A DNA stretch of 64,000 nt from NCBI GenBank assembly GCA_023150835.1, contig JAKLKB010000043.1, forward strand, positions 1 to 64,000. The letters run 5' to 3'. Under the pieces are notes generated by a model, which searched no databases, was not told the origin of the DNA, and saw nothing but the letters and a program-made list of their open reading frames with translations. Numbering within the stretch: the stretch's first letter is position 1; every line of letters begins with the position of its first letter. The stretch comes from Myxococcota bacterium. GTDB taxonomy: Bacteria > Myxococcota_C > UBA6777. The position numbers and the translations under genes are program-made. Positions 10,597 to 19,356 of this stretch are shown in pieces.

Positions 10597-10809
10597 TCAT
10601 ACGAGATCCGCCCGTTGAGTTATCGTAAAGATGTAGGGGAAGCCCCCTGTGGCTGCCCTATTACAGGGCGTCTACGAACGATGCTTTGTGTACTCATACG
10701 AAATCCGCAGGGAGTGTGATCGTAAAAACGTAGGGGCAGCCCCCTGTGGCTGCCCTATTACAGGGCGTCTACGAACGATGCTTTGTGTACTCACTCGGAT
10801 ATCGTATGA
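10597..10809 (+). mobile_element. Family B MITE-like element (two tandem 97-bp units) carrying a GTAG-type REP hairpin
   Basis: TIRs TCATACGAGATCCG (10597-10610) and CGGATATCGTATGA (10796-10809); internal GTAGGGG(A/C)AGCCCCCTGTGGCTGCCC twice. Confidence 0.8.
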
Positions 10810-10852
10810 GAGTGACGCAAAAGAGGAATGAAGAGAGTTGTTGTTGGAGGGG

Positions 10853-11080
10853 TTAAGAGAGTCGTTGTTGGATGGATTGGATCAATTCATCGGGGGTTGG
10901 CCAACGGCCTTCTTTGTGCTTGGAAAAGATCAGTTCACCATCGAGATGAACATCCAAGATGCCCTTGCTTCCGCGATGAAGTGAGGGATCAACACCAAAA
11001 GTTTTTTGAAGTTCTGCGGCCAAACTGGACGCACGAGGTAAATAGTTTCAAGACACGCAGTAATAGATATCGATCTTCAT
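10853..11080 (-). CDS. SelW/SelT/SelH (Rdx family) selenoprotein, 75 aa, Sec at codon 11
   Basis: MKIDIYYCVS-TGA-NYLPRASSLAAELQKTFG...GSKGILDVHLDGELIFSKHKEGRWPTPDELI. CxxU motif, GGAAGG RBS, and a hairpin 15-33 nt after the TGA. Confidence 0.9.
11015..11033 (-). promoter_or_regulatory. Candidate bacterial SECIS hairpin
   Basis: TGCG-T-CCA-GTT-TGG-C-CGCA; the apical loop starts with GU 23 nt after the TGA at 11050-11048. Confidence 0.65.
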
Positions 11081-11113
11081 GGACAAACCTTCCGTTTGTG
11101 AAAGTGACGGAAA

Positions 11114-13891
11114 CTACGCTCCATTTCCGTTGGACAAAAAGGCCGATGGATCCGCGAGGGCTTCGCGTCGAACCTGCGCAGCGATCGCAAGAGCGGCTTC
11201 TGCTGCGGCTTCTTCGTTGGCAAAGACCTGATTGGCCAGTTGTGCTTCGACACGCTCACGCGTTTCGTTGATCACACCGTTCAACAGTGCGTTGCCAAAG
11301 TCATCCCCGTTCGCATAACCGTACTGCGCAGGGTTGAGATCCAGCATATCGTTCATAAACGATTCGTTGTCGAGATGCGACTCCGCAGCGCGGTCTTGGT
11401 ACTGGGTGAGTTGATCGCCGTTCATGTAGGTGGGATCGAAGCGATCGCGGGCAAAGCCTTGGGGATCTCGCAAAAACGCCGATGGATCGGAGGCTGCCTC
11501 ACCAAAGAACGCGGTCATCTCTTGCATCGTGCGGAAGGTCATGCTTGCCGTGTGCTGTCCGTCTGGCGTTGTAAAGGTCGCAGTGATGCCGTTTTGGTCG
11601 ATCGAGACCTCGCCTGTAAACAGCGTTTGTTGTTGGGTGATGGTTCCCTCGATGCTAACGCCTCCGCCAGCACCCGCCACCGCAGGCATAATCTCGCCTT
11701 TGGCGTTGATCTGAACTTGGCTAGACAAAGAGATCGAGCCTGTCAGAGACATATTGGGCAGCACCTGTTCGAGGAAGATATCTCGCGCTCCTGCGACATC
11801 CCCTCGCCCCAAGGCATCCAACATCTCACCACGGAACTGCGGCGGGATATTTTCGCCAAGCTCGATCTTGATCTCTCCATCAAAGCCCGCACCGACCGGC
11901 CCCAAACCACCGTGAACATCCGCCCCAAGCGTAATCGCATACGTCGTTTCGCCCTTGGTTCCGTCCTCGTTGAAGTGGATGGTGCGCTCAAAACCGACTT
12001 CCATCCCACCGCCGGCCACGCTGGTCACAGCGTTAACACCACCCGCTCCAGCACCCGCCTCGATATCGATGTTTGCGCCTGCTGCGATGTTTTGCGTGAC
12101 CTCGCTGATATAAGGCCGCCCATCGGCGTTGCGATCAAAACTCACTTGTGCGCCCGCTTCAAGGTAAGCCGTCACGGTTTCACGACCTCCCACACCTTCG
12201 ATCAATCCGAGCGTTTCAGAGATGTTGGTATTCGCTCCAATCGAGATCGAAGACAGGTGATCGCGCACAAATTCGGAGGGCGTTCCCGGGGTCACATCGC
12301 GGCCAAACAGCCGATCGCCGACTTGATCCAAGACTTCGAGTCCGACACCCGCGATCGGATTTGTCGAGGCGATCCCCAACTGTACGCCAAAAGCCGCCAA
12401 CTCGGTCGCTGCCCCGGGCTTGGAAAGATCGATCTGCAACTCGATCCCGCCGTTGACACCGACCCCCACGGAACCCGTAGCTTCGGCCCCTGCGGTATCG
12501 CCCGTCACTTCTGCCGAAAGCTCCGCTCCCGCACCGAGGCCCAACGTAAACTGATCTTGATCAGGCGGAAGGCCCCGAGAGACGGACAATTCCACCGTCG
12601 CCCCTGCTTCGACGCCCAAAACAGCGGAAAGCTCGCCTTCGACTTTGACTTCAAAGGTGGTGCTGCCGCCCGGGGGGATATTGTCGAGTCCCAACACATT
12701 CAACGCGGCTTTGTCTGTTGCGGTGATCTGATCGCGATTGACTGCGTACGGGCTGTTGGCTCCGGGATCATCGAGCAACAAGCGTTTGGCATCTGCCGCC
12801 AGATCACCCAAGCTTTGAACCGCACCAAACACGTCTACGCCCGTCGCACGGGCGATCTCATCGTTGACGCTTTGTGCAGCCGATCCCAACGGCTCAAGGA
12901 TATGATCGTTGATCGCCTGTCCTGCGGGCTGGATCACGTTGTCATTGAGGGGATTGGCGATATTCTCTTCAAACCATCCCTTCAATCCGCCATCCGCAAG
13001 GCGCATCCCTTGGATCGGTTCGGGAATTCCCGCAGCGTCGAGGGCTGCTTCGCGTCGATCAGGAGGCAAGCTCATCGCACGTTGAAAGTCTTGTGCGGGT
13101 AGTCGATACGCCTCCGCAGGATCCCCCACAGGACGGCCTTGGGCATCGACAGGCGCATAACCTTGCGCTTGCAATTGCTCCATACTGACGGGTTCTTGTG
13201 GTCGATTTGGATCGATATACGTCCCGTCTGGGCGCTCGATCACCACATGTCCTGCGTTGTTTCCGTCCGTGTTTCGGGTATCTTGCAAAAAGACGACGTT
13301 TCCTTGTGCTGCAAGCTTCGGATCTTTCGAGAGGATGGCTTGCGCGTTGTCAATGCAGTTGACGTTGCTGTCGCGAGTGGCTTCGCTTTCCAAGGTTCCG
13401 GGGTTGGCTTGGGCAGTCGTGGATCCGCCGATCCCAGCGGAGCTTCGAGCGGATGGAGCATTCCATTGGCGTTGGAAAAAAGCGCTTTGCAAGCCGTCAC
13501 TGCCCAACGGACGCGAAGGCTGTGCTCCCGCTTGGGCCGATAACGTCCCTTGGTTCGGCGAGTTAGAAGGGAGGCTTGCGCCGCCGAGTTGACGGTGCAA
13601 TTGGCTCTGAAGCTGATGACCGCTAATCCCTGCGAGTCCTGCGCGTGATCCTGCCGAAGAAGGCGGGGTTTTCGAGAGGGCGCTTTGGCTTGCTTGTTGG
13701 GCGGCTTTTTGTTGCGCTTGTTGGGCGGCTTTTTGTTGCGCTTGTTGGGCGGCTTTTTGTTGCGCTTGTTGCGCCGCTTTTTGGCGGGCTTCTTCAGCGG
13801 CCTTTTGACGGGCCTCTTCGGCGGCTTTTCGCTGTGCTTCTTCGGCTGCACGTCGTGCGCTGTCATCTCCACCTGTTCTTTGGATCGACAT
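11114..13891 (-). CDS. Large effector/toxin-like protein (925 aa) with a papain-like Cys-His-Asp region and a Gly-rich beta domain
   Basis: GGAGG RBS; low-complexity N-terminus (AAEEARQK and AAQQAQQK repeats); NCIDN...GHVVI...YIDPN; no signal peptide. Function is inferred. Confidence 0.75.
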   Translation of the reverse strand: MSIQRTGGDDSARRAAEEAQRKAAEEARQKAAEEARQKAAQQAQQKAAQQAQQKAAQQAQQKAAQQASQSALSKTPPSSAGSRAGLAGISGHQLQSQLHRQLGGASLPSNSPNQGTLSAQAGAQPSRPLGSDGLQSAFFQRQWNAPSARSSAGIGGSTTAQANPGTLESEATRDSNVNCIDNAQAILSKDPKLAAQGNVVFLQDTRNTDGNNAGHVVIERPDGTYIDPNRPQEPVSMEQLQAQGYAPVDAQGRPVGDPAEAYRLPAQDFQRAMSLPPDRREAALDAAGIPEPIQGMRLADGGLKGWFEENIANPLNDNVIQPAGQAINDHILEPLGSAAQSVNDEIARATGVDVFGAVQSLGDLAADAKRLLLDDPGANSPYAVNRDQITATDKAALNVLGLDNIPPGGSTTFEVKVEGELSAVLGVEAGATVELSVSRGLPPDQDQFTLGLGAGAELSAEVTGDTAGAEATGSVGVGVNGGIELQIDLSKPGAATELAAFGVQLGIASTNPIAGVGLEVLDQVGDRLFGRDVTPGTPSEFVRDHLSSISIGANTNISETLGLIEGVGGRETVTAYLEAGAQVSFDRNADGRPYISEVTQNIAAGANIDIEAGAGAGGVNAVTSVAGGGMEVGFERTIHFNEDGTKGETTYAITLGADVHGGLGPVGAGFDGEIKIELGENIPPQFRGEMLDALGRGDVAGARDIFLEQVLPNMSLTGSISLSSQVQINAKGEIMPAVAGAGGGVSIEGTITQQQTLFTGEVSIDQNGITATFTTPDGQHTASMTFRTMQEMTAFFGEAASDPSAFLRDPQGFARDRFDPTYMNGDQLTQYQDRAAESHLDNESFMNDMLDLNPAQYGYANGDDFGNALLNGVINETRERVEAQLANQVFANEEAAAEAALAIAAQVRREALADPSAFLSNGNGA

Positions 13892-13947
13892 CCCTCATCC
13901 TCCTTGTGCCCCTTATGGTTGGGGGCATGGCTGTTTTGGAGCGGTTA

Positions 13948-14063
13948 CACGATATCCGAGCAATGCGCACACAAAGGATAGTGCGTAGACGCCCTGTGGT
14001 TGGGCAGCCACGGGGGGCTGCCCCTACGTCTTTACGATCACACAACGAGCGGATTTCGTATGA
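13948..14063 (-). mobile_element. Family B MITE-like element
   Basis: CACGATATCCG ... GGGCAGCCACGGGGGGCTGCCCCTAC ... CGGATTTCGTATGA. Confidence 0.8.
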
Positions 14064-14133
14064 CGCCTTCTCGCCCTGCTGCGTCTGTCTTTGTACTCGG
14101 TGATCCCTGTCCGTTGTAAGAGTCGCGCAGTTC

Positions 14134-14260
14134 CCAAAATCCCCGTGTTCCCTATATCTCAAGCGACAGAGTCGTCTGGTTGAAAAACCTGTGCTCTGTT
14201 CGCCGATACGGATTCAAGGGGCCTGCGGTCCCTTGCGGGGTGTGGGGTTGAAACCCCACA
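14134..14260 (-). repeat. Family A repeat, copy 4
   Basis: Same motif order and length as copy 3, on the minus strand. Confidence 0.85.
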
Positions 14261-14387
14261 AACACCACCCAACTGCACAACTCCTCTCGTTGAATGAAAA
14301 AGGCACGTGATCTTCGGTACATCCTCAAAGAAAGTTGCGTTGCCCCCCCCTTCGCCACACCGCTGCGCTTTCCTCACCGCCCTCCGT

Positions 14388-15575
14388 TTAATGCTTGGGG
14401 GTGGGCGGTGGCTCTTGGGCAGAGGGCGGCAATCGCTCGATCATCATCATGTACGCTTGTTCCAAGATATCTCGGCGCTTTTGCAAGATCTCTTCGATCT
14501 TGTCCCCAAATGCCGCTCCATGACGAACTCCCAAAAAGTCCTGCAATAAACGCCGATGCGCTTGTTCGATCTCTGCGCGTGTCGCCTCTTCGGAAACGCC
14601 CAACAGATGGGCTGCACGCGCCAGATCCATCTGCTCGATCCGCATCCGCATCTGGCGCATAATCCTCTCGAATTGTTCGGGTTCATATCCCAGAAGATCG
14701 CTGATCTCTCGCAACAAGCGCACTTCTCCAAGCGCGATCACGCCGTCTGCCTCCACCACCGCCAACGATGCCGCAAGCAACGAATGACGCGGATGAAGCC
14801 CCGCGACTTTTTTCGCTGCTTTGAGATAACCTTTCACCAGATCTCCAAGCGGATACTCTTGCTCCCGCTGCGCACGATGAGCCAAATAGTCGTGCTCGTA
14901 CACCGTGATGTCCACAGGATCGCAGATCTCCTTGATCCGCTGTAGCTCCCGCCGATCCACATCCCCTTCTGCCGTCATCAAACGCACCAAGATCGGCACC
15001 AGATGATGATAACACTCGACTTTCGGATCAGGCGGCTTTTGTGACTCTGTATGCTCCAACACCCGTTCCAACGCCCCCAGCCCCACCCACACCAAACCCC
15101 ACCCCACAACATCCACCCCCACCCACCAAAAGCGCCCACCCAACACAGACACTAACGCCCCTCCCGCCAACCCAAACAGCCCCATCCGCAACACCTGACG
15201 ATCCGCCTTTTGCCCTCCCCATGCCGCCCACAACAACACCACCGCCAACAAAAGCTCCAACACCCCCAATATACCGAGAGATGTCCGAACGGTTCCCTCC
15301 GCCAACGAAATAACGCCCATCACAAAGTGCCATCCTGTCGCAAGAATCAACGCCCACGAAGCATATTTCACTTGCGTTTGATCTTGACTGATCCGCGCCG
15401 CCACTCGTGCGGATATCTCTGCGCGTTCGCCTTTCGCCATCGCCACGTCCACCGAATCCTTCGGCGTCCCAACTCCTTCTAGCTCGTCGTCCAACTCCAA
15501 TTCTTCGAGCGCTTTTGCGATCTCTGGCTGTTCCAAACCACTCCGCTTCTCTAAACCACTCTGCTCTTGCGACAT
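14388..15575 (-). CDS. Membrane protein with TerB-like and degenerate J-like domains (DjlA-like)
   Basis: GGAGG RBS; four TM helices; AEGDVDRRE and ADGVIALGE TerB motifs; LLGVSEEATRAEIEQAHRRL J-like start without HPD. Confidence 0.75.
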   Translation of the reverse strand: MSQEQSGLEKRSGLEQPEIAKALEELELDDELEGVGTPKDSVDVAMAKGERAEISARVAARISQDQTQVKYASWALILATGWHFVMGVISLAEGTVRTSLGILGVLELLLAVVLLWAAWGGQKADRQVLRMGLFGLAGGALVSVLGGRFWWVGVDVVGWGLVWVGLGALERVLEHTESQKPPDPKVECYHHLVPILVRLMTAEGDVDRRELQRIKEICDPVDITVYEHDYLAHRAQREQEYPLGDLVKGYLKAAKKVAGLHPRHSLLAASLAVVEADGVIALGEVRLLREISDLLGYEPEQFERIMRQMRMRIEQMDLARAAHLLGVSEEATRAEIEQAHRRLLQDFLGVRHGAAFGDKIEEILQKRRDILEQAYMMMIERLPPSAQEPPPTPKH

Positions 15576-15811
15576 CTCACACCTCCATCCCTATCTTCCA
15601 CAAACGCCCAATCCACAAACAAAACGCTCACCCGACACAAAACGACGAAAACAAGTCACTCCTACCATAATTCACACCTATCGGGGGGGAACACTCCCAT
15701 CCATCGCACAACAAACGCTCTCCCCAAAGCCCCTTCTGTTTTTGCCAAAACAACGCTACAACCATCCCCGCTTTTGTGACGCGATCCCCCACCCAACCGA
15801 AAGGAGACATC

Positions 15812-17910
15812 ATGCGATATCCTCGCTCCTACGCACTTTTTTCTCTTCCTGTCTGGCTTGGCGCACTCGCTGCGCTCGCCCTTTTCCCCGATCATCCGGC
15901 ACAAGCCGATCTACTTCCCCCTCGACCCATCCCCCCCAAACAACGCTCGAAGCTGGCCGCTCCAAAGAAGTCCAAGCGTGGAACCACGCACAACACCAAC
16001 GCACCCTCCGCCTCCTTCGACAGATCCCCGCCCGACAAACCATCCTTCACGAACTCAAAAAACTCTACAACAACCAGTCCAGCACAAGCCCTCAACGCTA
16101 CGGACATCGCTACTTTTTCTTCCGCCGCGAAGGACTTAAAAACCAACCCATCCTCTACACCGCCGAAGGACGCTACAACGCCCCTCCCCGCCTCCTCCTC
16201 GATCCCAACACCCTCAGCAAAGACGGCACCATCGCCCTCCAACAAACCTCACCCTCTCCGAGCGGACGCTTCCTTGCCTACGCTCTCTCCGCCAAAGGCA
16301 GTGACTGGTCACAGATCCGCGTCCTCGATGTCTCCACAAAAACCCATCTCCCCGACCGCATCGACCAAACCCGCTGGCCCTCGATGGTTTGGGATCGCTA
16401 CGGACTCGGCTTTTTTTACGTCTCCTATCCTCCCTCTGGCACCGTCCCCGCACGGGACAAAAACTACTACCGACGGATCTTTTACCATCGCCTCGGTACT
16501 TCCGCCACAGACGACCGCTTGATCTTTGGCGAAGGACTCAAAAAAGAAACTTGGCTCGATCCTGCCGTCTCTTCCGACCGCAGCATGCTTTACGTCTCCA
16601 CCAGCGTCGACTGGTCCTACAACGACCTTTATTACCGACCCATCGCCTCCAAAGGCCCCTTCCTCACCCTCGCCAAAGGACTCCAAGGGCAGTTCAGCGC
16701 CAACGTCATGGACGGAAAGATGCTGATCACCACCACCTACCAAGCCCCCCGTGGTCGCGTCTTGATCGCCCCTCTTCACAACCCCACCCAAAAACATTGG
16801 AAAACCCTCATCCCTCAACAAAAAGGCGTCCTTCAAGAAGTCTTCCTTATCAAAGGACACCTGCTGATCCACACGATGGAAGATGTCGTCTCTCGCTTGC
16901 TGTTGTTTTCTCGCCAAGGCCAACTCCTGCGCGAGATCCCTCTCCCCACCAAAGGCAGCGTCAGCGATATCAGCGCACGCTCCCAAAGCAACGAGATCTT
17001 CTTTCGCTTCACTTCGTGGATCTACCCTTCCGTCGGATACCGCTACGATCTCGCCACCCAATCCCTCGAACGCATCGAAAAGATCAGCATCCCCGTCGAC
17101 CTCAGCCGCTATCAAACCGAACAGATCTTCTACTCCTCCAAAGATGGCACACGCATCCCGATGTTTCTCGTCTATCGCAAAGGACTACAACGCAACGGAA
17201 ACAACCCCACCGAACTCTACGGCTACGGCGGCTTCGAAGTCTCTCTCAAGCCTTCCTTTATGCCCGCCCTCTTCCCTTGGCTCGATCGCGGTGGTGTCTT
17301 TGCCCTTGCCAACCTTCGCGGCGGCGGAGAATACGGCACTTCTTGGCACAAAGCAGGACGACGCGACAAAAAACAGAATGTCTTCGACGACTTTATCGCT
17401 GCCGCCGAATGGCTGATCGCCAACCGCATCACCCAACCCAAGCGACTCGCCATACGTGGCGGAAGCAACGGCGGTTTGCTCGTCGCCGCAGCCATGACCC
17501 AACGCCCCGATCTCTTTGGAGCCGTCACCTGCCAAGTCCCCCTCACCGATATGATCCGCTTCCCGATCTCCACCGTCGCCCGACTCTGGATCCCTGAGTA
17601 CGGTAATCCACAAGATTCAAAAGAATTCCGTTGGCTTTGGGCATATTCTCCCTATCACAAACTCAAAAAATCCACGCCCTACCCCATCACCCTTGTCATG
17701 ACCGCCGATCACGACGACCGTGTCGATCCCTTCCACGCAAGAAAGTTCGCTGCACGCCTCCAAGCCAGCACCACCCCCAACCGCCCCGTCCTCCTTCGCA
17801 TCGAATCCAAAGCCGGACACGGCGCAGGAACCCCCCTCAACAAGTTGCTCGTTTCCATCGCCGACCGCTACGCTTTCCTTCTCTTTGCTCTCCGTATGGA
17901 TCTCCGCTAA
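15812..17910 (+). CDS. Prolyl oligopeptidase (S9A), secreted; frameshifted at the C7 tract 15931-15937 in this sequence
   Basis: AAGGAG RBS and signal peptide from ATG 15812 in one frame; catalytic body (GYGGF, NLRGGGEYG, GGSNGG, DDRV, GHG) in the -1 frame. One extra C joins them. Confidence 0.85.
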
Positions 17911-17924
17911 TTCGCATAGAACTT

Positions 17925-18037
17925 ATACGAAATCCGCCTATTGTGTGATCGTAAAATGTAGGGGCAGCCCCCTGTGCTGCCCAACCACAGGGCGTCTTCG
18001 CGCTCTCCTTTGTGTACGCATCGCTCGGATATCGTAT
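17925..18037 (+). mobile_element. Family B MITE-like element
   Basis: ATACGAAATCCG ... GTAGGGGCAGCCCCCTGTGCTGCCC ... CGGATATCGTAT. Confidence 0.8.
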
Positions 18038-18056
18038 CGCGCCGTGGGAGGGTGTT

Positions 18057-18184
18057 TGTGGGGTTTCACCCCACACCCCACAAGGGAGCACCGCTCCCTT
18101 GACCCTGTATCGGCGGAACAAGCAAAGGTCTTTCAAAACCAACAGCCCTGCCGCTTGAACAGGTGCGAACACGGGGGTTTTGGC
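18057..18184 (+). repeat. Family A repeat, copy 5
   Basis: GTGGGGTTTCACCCCAC, AAGGGAGC-ACC-GCTCCCTT, GCTTGAA, GCGAACACGGGGGTTTTGG. Confidence 0.9.
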
Positions 18185-18227
18185 TACGGGTCGCTCCGAT
18201 ACAGAGCGAGGGGGAGATGTCGTGTCC

Positions 18228-18346
18228 TACGATATCTGGGAGATGTGTACACGAAACATCGTTGCGTTCGCTGTGATGGCCCTGTTTTTGGGCAGCCACG
18301 GGGGGCTGCCCCTACAGATGCCGATCGTACAACGGGTAGATGTCGT
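18228..18346 (-). mobile_element. Family B element, diverged copy
   Basis: TACGATATCTG end and intact REP hairpin GGGCAGCCACGGGGGGCTGCCCCTAC. Confidence 0.65.
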
Positions 18347-18367
18347 GTCCGTCCTTTTCACTAATAC

Positions 18368-19171
18368 TTACGCCGCCCGTAGTACCGTAAACTCCGCCGA
18401 TGGCGTCTCTTCCAACACCACCTCTGTCGAACCCGCTGCTGTTGTCTGCTCGCGTTGGGCCTCCGACGCTGCCGCCAGATGTTCGCGTTCGGCCTCGAAC
18501 ACCGCTCGCAACAGCAGATGCGCCGCTTGTTGGCTGTCCTCCACACCCTCTTCGAGCATCATCTTTGCCAATCGTTCTTTGTTCTCTTTTTTCTCCAGCC
18601 AAGACACCAAATAACCATGCGATTTTTCTACCTTCTCCAACAAGGCCGCAAGACGCATCCGCAACCACAACCGCTCTTGTGACATCGCCCCCCCTTCTTC
18701 GGCTTTCCAAGGCGCAACCTTCCACCCCGACACTTCGCGCAAGATCGCCAGCGCAGACTCTTTCGGACACACAAACGTCCCCGCCCACGCAAGCCGCAAA
18801 CACGGATGCACCTTGTACCTCATCACCTTTTGCTCCAACACCTTGTGCAGCTGACTCAACTCCACAGGTGCTTCGCCGCTTTGCAACATCTCCTGACGCA
18901 AAGCGATCGTCTTGCGCAACGCATACGTCGGGGCTTGCGCGTCCTCTGCCAAACGAAGCTTGATCACACAGCGAAACATATAATCGTACACCAGCTTGTT
19001 CAACAATTTGTCCGAAACCTTCGACAACGAGATCATCTCTTCGATCGAATTGTCCTCACCACGCAAACGCATCGCCAATCTTGTCATCCACATGACCTTG
19101 CTCCATATAGATATTTTCTCTACAAAAAATAGATAAGATGCCATGATTTCTTCTGTTGCTTCTGTCTTCAT
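18368..19171 (-). CDS. Hypothetical helical protein (267 aa)
   Basis: Open frame with AGAGGGGG RBS before ATG 19171; divergent from the 19357 gene; no motif recognised. Confidence 0.6.
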   Translation of the reverse strand: MKTEATEEIMASYLFFVEKISIWSKVMWMTRLAMRLRGEDNSIEEMISLSKVSDKLLNKLVYDYMFRCVIKLRLAEDAQAPTYALRKTIALRQEMLQSGEAPVELSQLHKVLEQKVMRYKVHPCLRLAWAGTFVCPKESALAILREVSGWKVAPWKAEEGGAMSQERLWLRMRLAALLEKVEKSHGYLVSWLEKKENKERLAKMMLEEGVEDSQQAAHLLLRAVFEAEREHLAAASEAQREQTTAAGSTEVVLEETPSAEFTVLRAA

Positions 19172-19356
19172 TTTAGCGCCCCCTCTTGTCGAAAAGCAAA
19201 AAATCACCTCACTTCCCCTGCGAACCCCTGAAAACAAAAGCGATTTGTCCTCGATCAACCACCTCCTTGATCTTTCGCCTTTCCTTTTTCTTCCTACGGT
19301 GATTAGCTTCTTTGGGCTGCTGTTCCATGACCCTTCGTGTTGCAAAGGGACTTTTC

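Noticed and set aside
10828-11271. 147-aa plus-strand ORF
   Set aside because: Antisense to the selenoprotein and to the end of the 925-aa gene; no recognisable features.
11240-13102. Long shadow ORFs (2130-3689, 4213-5427, 7951-9231, 11240-13102, 30858-32927, 54878-56590 and others)
   Set aside because: They are antisense or alternate frames of well-supported genes, with no motifs or RBS.
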